From NCBI GenBank assembly GCA_043228905.1, contig JBHGNT010000013.1, positions 15,686,001 to 15,750,000 of the forward strand: a stretch of DNA of 64,000 nucleotides, given 5' to 3'. Below are positions 54,009 to 64,000 of the stretch, one piece after another; positions within the stretch are counted from its first letter, which is position 1; every line of letters begins with the position of its first letter. Position numbers and translations under genes: made by a program. Under the pieces are notes generated by a model. That model ran no database searches and was not told the DNA's origin. It was given only the letters and a program-made list of their open reading frames with translations. The stretch comes from Azolla caroliniana. Lineage: Eukaryota; Plantae; Polypodiophyta.

Positions 54009-56600
54009 TCAAAATGTTCCAACATTAGGCTGTGGAGAGCCAATGGGGGTATTCTGATTCGAAGCCCTCGATTCCTGCAAGAACGGATGTGGTTGATTAT
54101 ACACTATATTAGCAGATACTCCCATGGCCTGAGGAGAACCTATAGGCGTATTCTGATTCGATGCTCTCGCTTCTTGAAGGAATGGATGGTGTTGCTGAGT
54201 ATTATATATCATGTTAGCAGAAAATCCGTTTCTTGTGTTATTATTATTGTTTGCCATCACTCCCAACTGTTGTGCACAATAAAAGCTTGATTGCAAAGGA
54301 CTGACACCAGTGTTCGGAATGGGGGCACCTGAAAGACTAGATGTGGGTGTTTCAACAGGGCTCTGCCCTGGTAACATATCTCTTGATTCTATCATATCTC
54401 CTGGAAAGTAACTGTTTGCAAGTGTATTATGATCCTCTCTAAGCCCCAAAACATCACCTTCATCATTTAACATATATCCACAAGGTATCGATCCACCTAG
54501 AAAAATTGAGTTGGCAAATTGATTGCTGGTTCCACGAGCTGAAACGAGAGGTGAAGGGCAAGGGCTAAGAAGGCCCACACCTGAATTACTGATATACCTT
54601 GGCGAAGCTGTAGTGGAACAATCACCACCCGTTTGATCAATGAGATCTATACCACTAGAAGGGGGTGCACAGTTGAATCCACCTAAGCTATTTAAGCTGC
54701 TTGAGCTTGGCGTTGGTGTGAGAGAAGGTGAGGTCATTGTACCTGGTGATGTAAGAGAAGGTCTATTTGTGAGACCAAAATGTTGGGCAATTAGTGTAGA
54801 TCTACTTGGACAACCTGAAGCCTGCTGCTGCAAAACAAACAAATTCCATCAGTAAGCACAATGACCCATGTACTAAGTATATATCTTCCTCTTGACTGTA
54901 TCTCATACATCGGAAACAGTCATGTGAAGGCCATATATTTCAGCATACTCTCTAGTACAAGATAATAAGGATATTTCACATGAATATGCAAAACAATCAG
55001 AGAACATTATCACATGTGAAAAGATTACCTTTCTCTGATGTAAGAAACACAATTTTTCTCTCAGAGTATTTTACATATTAAAGACATTGAGATGAAGGCT
55101 ATATATAGAGTTCTCATATTCTGGAAGCATGAATAATCACATAATGACGAAGTAGGAAACAAACCGTAGTAATATATGCCCACAGTTTTGAAGATGTGAA
55201 ATGTTTTTCATGAGAATGAAAGAAAGAATATGGAGGCTGTAGTGCCAGTAAAGTCAAGCACTGTGTTATTAGGCTAATTTATAACAAAAGGAATTGAAAT
55301 ATCACGATAATCATACAGCTTCCAATAAGTTTCTAATTTATTATGGGGGAAAATTAATAACAACGTCTGACAGAACTGGTAAATATGGATGATTTGATCA
55401 CAAAATGTGATAGTAAAATTCCTCACTCAAATGTTTTACAAAACGTAGAAAAACGGCGTTATGGTGAGCTTTATTTTTCCAGGTGAAACAGCAATAGCAG
55501 TAGCATGTTGCACATAACGAAGATGCTATTAACAGCAATGTTCTCCCAAACAAAACTAGCATTGTGGGAGGGCAGTATTAGCTACATATTACATACAATA
55601 CAAACATCAGAACAAGCATCCGCATTTAAAGGATGCTTGCTTCAAGGCACCAGAATATATTGTAAGGATTACGTTACAAGATACTTTCACAAGAAAAGAA
55701 AAAACAATTCACATATAAGCACAATGCAGACCAATCTCCATGCCCACACAAGATGATAAAGAACACATCTTGGCGACAAACTATTCTCATATGGCAACAT
55801 TAATGGATTCCAGAATGTAACCAGAAACAGGATAACAGAATATAGATAACAAATGTCTCTGTAAAAGACAGAGAAAGGATGGGCCGACAATATAAACTCC
55901 TAAAATATTAAAAAAGTGGACTAAAAACTGAAGGCAAAACCTAATGTAAAACTTACAAAAAAATATGGAAGCATCAAATCAGTTCACACGTCCGATGGCT
56001 AAGAGCAGATGAAATTTGCATTCACTTCCAAATAGACAAATGCTTCATTCCGGATTTAGAGAAGACGCAATGAAGGAACCATATTCAAAACCTTCAATCG
56101 GGAAACGAATTCTATTTACCGAGACTTTACCTTTACAGGCCCGAAGTTATAATATCAACCAAAATGATGAAGAAATGCAAGTCATAACTTCCACATGTAA
56201 AAAGTGGTAGGGGTTGATCTCGCGAACGAAGACGGCCAAAAATATTCGGAACAGGAAAACGTTATATACATAAAGACAAACACATATGACAGCTTCAGGA
56301 GAGTCAAGTACTGACCGTGTTTCTGTAAGTAGTTCCATCAGCTTCAACGATCCATCCTGCCTCTGTGGCCAGAGCTCTGAGAACATCGTTTATATCGGCC
56401 CGTGGAGGCAAGTTGTAGTTACCATGTTTACGTAAACCAGTAAGGATTTTGGTGGTGATAGATCGTCTGTGCCTCTCCCTTATCTTGGTCTTCTCCTTCT
56501 CTTTCTCGCTGGAAACCCTAGGCTTCTTTTCCTTCTCCTCTTCGTTTTGCATGCTATGCAGCTCTTGATCTTCTTCTGCAGCACGATCTACCTCCTCCAT
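54009..56600 (-). CDS. BES1/BZR1-domain transcription factor, non-canonical type, about 367 aa
   Basis: Exon 1 56600-56316 holds the BES1_N domain ([60 protein letters not shown]). Exon 2 54827-54009 is S/T/P-rich. The junction is GT-AG, phase 0. Confidence 0.9.
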
Positions 56601-56884
56601 GGAGATGGCACTATGCAAAGAAGGGAGGGAGGGAGAAACGAAACAAAGATTCACAGAGGCAAAAGCCCTAGCTCAGACATGAAGAAGGAGAAGAAGATGA
56701 TGATGATGATGATGATGAATAGGCGACAAGAACGAAGGAAAGGTCAATGGGGAGGATTCAGGGAGCTGAGAAGGGCAAGAAAGGAGGGAGAGGGAGATCT
56801 GTGCAGAGGAGGCGTGGCTCCGCCATAGCCAGCGGAGCTTAGAAAAGCTCAGAGAGAGAGAGAGAGAGAGAGTAGGCAGTAGAA

Positions 56885-56915
<31 letters not shown>

Positions 56916-57379
56916 GAGGCATTCATTCATTCCTTCATTTTCATTTCATTGATCTTGTGGAGAAAATAACCAGAAATAAATAAATAAAAGGGAAAAAGAA
57001 ATAAGAAATAACTACATATTTCTAATAAAAATGCATTTATTTTTTAGTTCATTACATTTCCAAGTGTAACTGACCCCACCTACCCCCCCCCCCTCCTCCC
57101 AAAAAGAACAAATATTACGTATTTATTTTTCTAACCCCCCAACCAAAAAAACACTACACAATTTTGCATAAACCCTCATCCCCTTCCTCTTTTGGGTAGG
57201 TTATTTCGGAGTTTCTAGGTGTGTAGGTAGTAAGTATCTCATCTCCATGAAAGGGAGAGAGAGAGAGAGAGAGAGAGAGAACCGGGACATTGCCATCAAA
57301 GAGGACATGACCCTCATGGTAATGTACACACCCGGACTAAAGCCCATTTACACAAGGTTGCTCCAATGCTCGTGTATGG

Positions 57380-57382
<3 letters not shown>

Positions 57383-57441
<59 letters not shown>

Positions 57442-57457
57442 CGCGCGCGCGCATGTG
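57383..57457. repeat. (GT)n-(GC)n alternating purine-pyrimidine tract
   Basis: About 54 bp of TG repeats followed by CGTGCGCGCGCGCGCATGTGC. Confidence 0.95.
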
Positions 57458-57540
57458 CACTCCCACAAGGCACCAACGTAAAAAGGTGAGGGACTTTGTA
57501 ACTAGCTTGAAGACGGTGTGAGAGGTTTGTTGTTGCATTT

Positions 57541-57799
57541 GGTATATGCTTCACATTGTCATAGTATGAAACGTGTCCTTCTCCCTTGGGATCTCTATGC
57601 ATAGCTCTTAATTGCAAGTTAATTGTTGTGGATGCGGGGAACATTAATTGTTGTGGATGGGAGGAGGGGTGGTATATGCTTCACATTGTCGTAGTATGAA
57701 ACATGTCCTTCTCCCTTGGGATCTCTATGCATAGCTCTTAATTGCAAGTTCATTGTTGTGGATGCGGGGAACATTAATTGTTGTGGATGGGAGGAGGGG
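57541..57799 (+). repeat. Tandem duplication, 130-bp unit
   Basis: GGTATATGCTTCACATTGTC occurs at 57541 and 57671, with near-identical copies. Confidence 0.95.
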
Positions 57800-58105
57800 G
57801 GGCTTGACAGATAATAATAATAAAAGCATATAGAACAAATGGCTCGTTGCTAAGATTGTTGTTGGCCTCTACATGGGTGGCCCTTAATTGTTAGATCATT
57901 GTTGTAAGTGTGGTTGAGAAACATTTTGTCCAACGTGAGAGAGAGACACTCACTCACTCCCTCACTCAAAGAGAGAGACGAAGACAAAGACACAAAGAGA
58001 GGAGGAGAGAGAGAGAGAGAGAGAGAGTAGTCATGGTGGTGTTTTTCTCTTTCGTAGTGAAAGCCATCATTTACAAAAAAAGAGAGAGAGAGCGAAGGAG
58101 GAGCC

Positions 58106-58326
58106 TAGATGGATGTAGCCAGTTGGTAAGGTTACCCAACGGAGACTAGGTGGTCATGGGTTCAACCCCTACGTTCCACAGTGGCATCTAGTGAAATAAG
58201 AGATATCTATGGAGTAAGAGAGAAGTGAGAAAATTGGGTTTCCAACCCAAGATATAGTGTTAATAGTGTCTATGACGTCTCACAGGTAAGCAAATTATAG
58301 TAAAAAGAGAGGGAGAATCATGACAT
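58106..58326 (+). mobile_element. tRNA-derived SINE-like element, copy 2 (A and B boxes present)
   Basis: A-box-like TAGCCAGTTGG at 58116-58126 and B-box-like GGTTCAACCCC at 58159-58169, at tRNA-like spacing. The body is homologous to 4474-4660. Confidence 0.65.
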
Positions 58327-58373
58327 TTATGGAAATGAGACAATGATTACACATCCCACCCAATTGTGGGTTT

Positions 58374-60345
58374 TTTTTTTCCAAAAAAAACTCCTTCCAT
58401 TACTTAAAAAAAATTACAAATGAGATGATTATGTACAAATCCTTGTAGGGACACGATAGTTCCATCTTATGTGGATGCCCACTGACTCAAGAAAGGGAGA
58501 GGACGACCATTGTTGGATGAAGGCTATTCGTTGTCTTTGAACTCCCTCAAAGCCACCCTTGAGGCCATCGTATTGGCTCTTGAGAGTGGCTACAATTTCA
58601 CTACATATCTCTTGTTGTAACCTTGTTGGATGCATGGGTTGGTTAGAGAAGACCTGTCTACACCGTTGTTTCCATAGAATCCAAAGAGTTATTGGGCTGA
58701 CCAATTCCAACACAACTTGAGATTTGTCATTAAGAGGAGTTGAGTGGATATTGCCACTGGTGGAGAAAAAAACTTTTTGTGCTTTTATCACCAAAGTCAT
58801 CCCCTCCTCCTGATGCTCGTATCTGCCAACTGGGGTCTGCCATGATAGCCAACATATATTTCCCCACTTGCTTGAGCCTTGCACCTGGCATAATTGTAAC
58901 AAGCGGCCATCCCCCCGCCATATTCGATGGGACGTCGGGCACTCCCACAGAGCGTGTCGTATTGATTCAACTGCATTTGGGCACTCTACACAATTAGGAG
59001 AGCTAAGGTTCCCAGGTTGCCATGCTCCCATCAGTAGGGACTTATGTATTAATAGCCATTGGAATGTGGTAATTCGTCTCGCGTGTTCTTGTTTCCAGAT
59101 TTTCTACCAAAACTTGGTGATAATTGTGGGAGGAACTTGAAATGTGTGCTAGACCTTCGCAGCAACCAACTATCATGCGGTTTGAGCAGCTAGAATGTGG
59201 CGACCCAATCTAGTTGTGAATTGGAAGAAAGGAATGGGTTTGCTTCCTGGCCCCGCGTAAGGATCAAGCCATGTCCATTGCAAAGGGTCTCAACTGACCT
59301 TACGTAGCCATGTGTTTTGATGAGTACATATGTGCCAATCAGGTTGTACTTTGATTAGATTAGGATCTACAATCCATTTATGACCAGTATACGCGAGTAC
59401 TCGAATTGCGTTATTCTATGTTGGTGTCTCAATGTCTTGCAATTCAGAGCCTTCGATCCTGCTTGGTGGTCCCCTACCTCTCGGGATCAGAGATCCCTCC
59501 TCCTCGTGCCCTATCCATTTCTCCATTGTCGTCCTTTGAGTAGCAGTTTCCCTAGTCAATAGAACATTAATGATTTCCGATCTCATAGTCCATTCGCCAC
59601 TGATTCCATGGAGTATGTTGGCTTGATCTTGTATTGGCAGTGACATAAACCGTCACCAACATTCTATACTTTTTCTTGGACCTTTTGCAATGTATCCCCA
59701 TGACAACACCTTATGTGATCCCAGTAGTTGATTAGATTCATCCTTGATTAGGCGTTGTGAGTATAGGCCAATGCCACCTTGGCGCGAGTTACATGGTCTT
59801 CCTTACCAGACCAAATGTAGTTGCGAACCAATCATTGAATCTTATGTATACTTTCCTTGGAGATTGTCCAGCATGATAGACTGTACCATGTTGTTGCGTG
59901 TAGTACCTGGTTTGCCACTATGATGCGACCCGCTAGCGACAATTTTTTCGAACTCCAATGTATCAACTTTTGTCGAATGGAATGGATAACGGGTGCAATC
60001 ATAGTCTCCGGCGGTATGTTGAAACCAATTTGGAAACCCAATATTTGGTGCTCGCTCCTTGATTGATCCATTTGAAAGCGGGATGTGGGTGCCACGCCGG
60101 ATGTGTTTCATGAGAAAGCCATATTGCGCAAGATTTGTGCCAATTGATCATGGCATTGGATCTCTTTCAAAATACAGCTAACCCACTTTCTAGCGTTTGG
60201 AGGTTTTCCAAGTCCCCTTGCAGGTAGACCGTTGTGCCAACTGCAAATTCTATATCCATGATGCTTTGGTGAGAATGAGGTACAAGAAGACCACGTAGGT
60301 TGAGATGCCACGAGTTGAGAAAGCAAGAGAGTGCTTCGGCGTATA
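58374..60345 (-). mobile_element. 5'-truncated L1-clade LINE with poly(A) tail and 14-bp TSD
   Basis: TSD CCAATTGTGGGTTT at 58360-58373 and 60346-60359. A poly(T) run lies at the left end. Broken ORF2 fragments: LGFQIG...KLIHWSSKKLSLAGRIIVANQVL and zf-RVT CVECPNAVESIRHALWECP...LWILWKQRCRQVF. Confidence 0.92.
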
Positions 60346-60479
60346 CCAATTGTGGGTTTATTTAGTAACAACTAAAAAATATTGCATTGATACAAGGTCC
60401 TTTATCTCTAAAAACAAAAGAGCAATGTCGGTTGGTGTCTACGAGGTCAAACGTCGTTTTTACAAGTACTACACTAATA

Positions 60480-61225
60480 TTTTGTATCATTGCTTTGGTA
60501 AATCTATTTGATGGCTATCATCGAAAGCAGAACAAGATTGGAAAGTGCATAACTCTAATTATGGATGGTGGTAGATCTTAAAACGTAATTGGCAATTTAA
60601 ATTGCCACTTGTAGCAAAGGTCTTCATGTGGAGAGTTTTAATTGGGGGTTTGCCTTTGGGATTAGCTTTAAAGTAACGTGGACTAGTTGTTGACATTTGC
60701 TTCTTTTGCATTGTTTCAACGAAAGATAATACTCATCATTTTATATCATGTTTGATTGATAGTCAAATTTGGAGATACATTTCTCAAATTCCACAAATTT
60801 GGCCCGATGTTATTTGACACGAAGATAGTGGGTGTTGCATAATACACATTGGCCAACTTAATATCACTGATGGAGATCGTTTTTTTATTTTTGAGGTATT
60901 GGGGATTGCGTGATAATTGGGATATGAGCACTGCTTTTTTTGTATCATTGCTCCGTTGAATTTCTTCGATGGCTATAATCCAAGGCTGAACCAAAATGGA
61001 AAGTGCATAACTCTAATCATGGATGGTGGTAGATCTTAAAACGTAGTTGGCATTCTAAATTGTCACTTGTAGAGAAGGTTTTGATTTAGAGAGTTTTGAT
61101 TTGGGCTTTGCCTTTGGATTAACTCTAAAGCGGCGTGGACTAGCAATGAGCAATGGCTCCTTTTGCATTGTTCAAGTGGAAGATAGTACTCATCATTTTA
61201 TACAATGTTCAATTGTTTGTCATAT
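60480..61225 (+). mobile_element. Tandemly duplicated LINE zf-RVT remnant (period about 458 bp)
   Basis: GGAAAGTGCATAACTCTAAT.ATGGATGGTGGTAGATC occurs at about 60540 and 60998. Translation WQFKLPLVAKVFMWRVLIGGLPLG...CFFC...THHFISC resembles zf-RVT. Confidence 0.75.
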
Positions 61226-62308
61226 TTTATAGGGAAAAGTACCATGATACCCCTGGAAGTTCCAAATTTACCAAACTACCCCTATGGCCAAAAAATTACA
61301 CTTTATAAAGTAATTATACACTCAAATATTTGGTAAATAGGGCTAGTTCGGGTCCATTTCTTCCATCTTTGGTAAATAGGGCTTGTAGATTTGAGTGTAC
61401 AAGCACATAGATATGATTGTTTATTATCATGTCTCAAAGAGTTAATGAAAGCACTACAAATCATAAAGACTCGCCAATTGTTGAGGTTACATGCCTTCTT
61501 CTAGTATACCAATATCAATCTGTACTTCAGTTCTCCCCAATAAAGGTTGATGTTAAATATTCTCTCCAACATTTTAACTTGCACTATACACATGTTACTA
61601 ATTGCTTTTAAATTGGGGATAATACTCTTTTAGGATTAAACAGAACATTCTAGCATGGCCCATGGTTCAATTATTACTCTTTGCATGTAACACAATAGGA
61701 AACTGCAAAATTATTACTCTTGGCATGTAACACAATTGGATACTGCAAAGGCCAAGTGTTTGTTGACATATTGGTTGTGCACATTATCTGGCATATTAAG
61801 CAACTTGTTGATTTAAAGATAGTAACAAGCTCTTCAGTTAACATCAAAAAACAATTTGCAAGTCAATAATAAGCAACTGAGTGCTAATGAATAAACATCT
61901 ATTCATTCAATTTATTATTTCAGTTGATAATTAATGCATTTTGTTTAAGACCATGTACCTGAACGTGTATAAACCATTTAAAAATAAAATGAAAAAGAAA
62001 AACTGGTTTGCAGACATGTTTGCATTTACTTTCCAATCAAACATTTTTGCTCAACTACAAACTAGTACCATCTGTAAGAATAATTTTCTCATACGACTAG
62101 CTCATACTCGAATTCTAAAGCTGAATTCCTTGTGACGGCAATGAAAAGCTTGTCCTCACAAAAAGGTACAAAATGTATGTATAAAACTCATGGGCAAATC
62201 CTTCCACGTCACAGCTATGATAAAAAAGAAAACAAAAAGTTGTAAAAAATATTGCAAAAAACTCTTTGTGGTAGAAAAGCATCATTCACTGGGTTATCAT
62301 GGCAGTCC

Positions 62309-64000
62309 TCAATCTGTCTGCATTGTATCGCCCTCTTGGTTAGTTTCTGTATCCATAGGCTGAGTAGTTTCAGAATCACCAGGACCCTTGGGGTTGGAAT
62401 TGCCCTCCGTCTCTGGTGTTGTGGTCTCAGCAGGTGATGGCGAGGCTGGTTTGGGTGGTGGTGGACGAGACTTAGTCATGATAGGTTTGCAAAACCTGAC
62501 ACAATATCAAAAACATGATGTCGTTCATTAGCAAGGAGGTAAGGGGCTTTATTCCTATGAAATAATCAGTATATAATCTTAAGCTTTCTAATTAGACAAT
62601 AGGAGTTCTACTAATGCATAGAGAATTTACCGATCAAGCACATCCACTTTCTTCTTAACCTCAGCAGAAAGAAGCACTGGATTAGCTGACCGAGGAAGCT
62701 GATCTTGTTGTGCTTTTTTCTCTTTAAACCATTCTTCAGCTTTGTTACACTCAGCAATAACCTGTAACCAAAAAAATCAAGAAATTGGACATGAGTAGAG
62801 GAATTTGTCAAAGTTGGAACTCAAATATAAAATGGACATAAAAACAAGTGTATTTTTGTTTAGTGAGATTCAATCACATCATTGTGCACAGTATATTACT
62901 TCAATAAATAAAACTTGCCTTCTCTTTCTCAGCAGAATCTATATGATCAAACTTAGGATCCTTCGATTTTGCTGCTTCACGAAAGCTGTTGATGCAATAC
63001 ACTAATTGCTCAATAGAAGGTCCTCTCGCCTCTTCTTCCTTGTATCGTGCTTCAATTGGATCCCCTAGCTGTACACATTAAGAAAAACACTTTAAAGGCA
63101 TAAATACTGAGGATTAATCTAATAATATAATCCTACACCCAATAATCCAGATACAGGTGGTAATGCACACATTCTATAAACTATAGCTAAAGTGTAGAAT
63201 CGATTTATATAGAATAGTTGGAACATATTCCTATAGGAATCTGCTAGCTAAGAACATTGAAACCTCCATACATAGTGTCTATTCTACCTTTTTCAGTTCT
63301 GCCAACTTAGCCACATAAACACCTTTGGTTTCATCCTCTCCTTCTTCATATAGCCAATCTTCAGCATCTTGTAGCCTGGCAACAAGATCTTCTCGTTCGG
63401 CATCTGTAGCAAACTCTTTGTATTTCTCATGGATCTACAAAAAACAATAAAATTATCCCATTAAATGGTGGTTTACAGAAGAGGATTTCTTGACCTACGA
63501 ACATGTACAACAAACAAATGAAGGGTACCTTGTTGCGCATATCATAAACATACGCTTCCACAGCATTTTTCTTATCCTTTGTTTCCTCCATTACTCTGTC
63601 TTGCAGTGCCATTTCATATTCCTTTTCGATGCACTTCTCTAAGTCAGCGTGAGGGAGACCACCAACAACAGCTTCATTCACAGCAACATCTGTCCTGATG
63701 ATTTTCTTTTTCTTTGGTGTTTCTTTCTGCAGAAACAATAACCAATTCAGAGGAATTTCAAATTTAAAGACATTGTTAAACTAGAACTCAAATTTTTGGT
63801 ATGATGTTCGACATTACTGACAAACCTTTGGCGGTTCAACTTCCATTTGAGAAGATTTTGTTTCAGCTCCCCGGTCATGACCATCGGCATTACCAGATTC
63901 ACTTGCATTACTGTCAGCGTTGTCTCCCTTTGACTCGTTCAAATCAATATTATTATCTGTTGCTGTCTCTTTATCAACATCCATTGTAATGCTAGTATCA
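62309..64000 (-). CDS. Hsp110/SSE-type Hsp70 family protein (HSP70-14/15-like), 3' exons only
   Basis: Exons >64000-63826, 63726-63529, 63434-63288, 63068-62919, 62761-62631, 62495-62309. Motifs EYEMALQDRVMEETKDKKNAVEAYVYDMRNK, EDWLYEEGEDETKGVY and RFCKPIMTK. Confidence 0.95.

Noticed and set aside
57247-58149. ORFs rich in ER, CV and HT repeats
   Set aside because: Translations of (GA)n and (GT)n microsatellites.
58106-58180. Functional tRNA gene
   Set aside because: A/B boxes are present, but no convincing cloverleaf or acceptor stem, and homology extends into a non-tRNA body. Treated as a SINE instead.

Overview
AT-rich, intron-containing eukaryotic DNA from a land plant. A fern is the most likely source, by inference from the PLS-PPR type, the non-canonical BZR/BES gene and the vicilin-like gene. 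About 12 protein-coding genes in 64 kb points to a compact genome. Genes, with splice sites read by hand: RING-H2 E3 ligase (-), PLS-class PPR protein (+), 10-exon class-P ADH (-), a charged At5g53930-like protein (+), a SERF/ZNF706-like small zinc finger (+), RACK1 (+), a zinc-free MDR/enoyl-reductase-like oxidoreductase (-), a vicilin-like bicupin (+), a YbhB/YbcL-type PEBP (+), an LLPH homolog (-), a BZR/BES transcription factor (-), and the 3' part of an Hsp110 gene (-). Mobile DNA: a TIR-bounded decayed hAT element, a 5'-truncated L1 LINE with poly(A) and a 14-bp TSD, two copies of a tRNA-derived SINE-like element, LTR and LINE remnants, and many local tandem duplications. The most interesting observations are four. 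(1) The adjacent vicilin and PEBP genes both carry RY motifs upstream (with ABREs at PEBP), a candidate spore-maturation module. (2) A perfect hypoxia-responsive element (HRPE) abuts the TATA box of the RING gene, about 10 kb from ADH. (3) The BZR gene is non-canonical, with a duplicated C-terminal motif and two uORFs. (4) A possible fossil DYW deaminase tail lies behind the PPR stop codon. No database searches could be run, so all family assignments rest on motif recognition.
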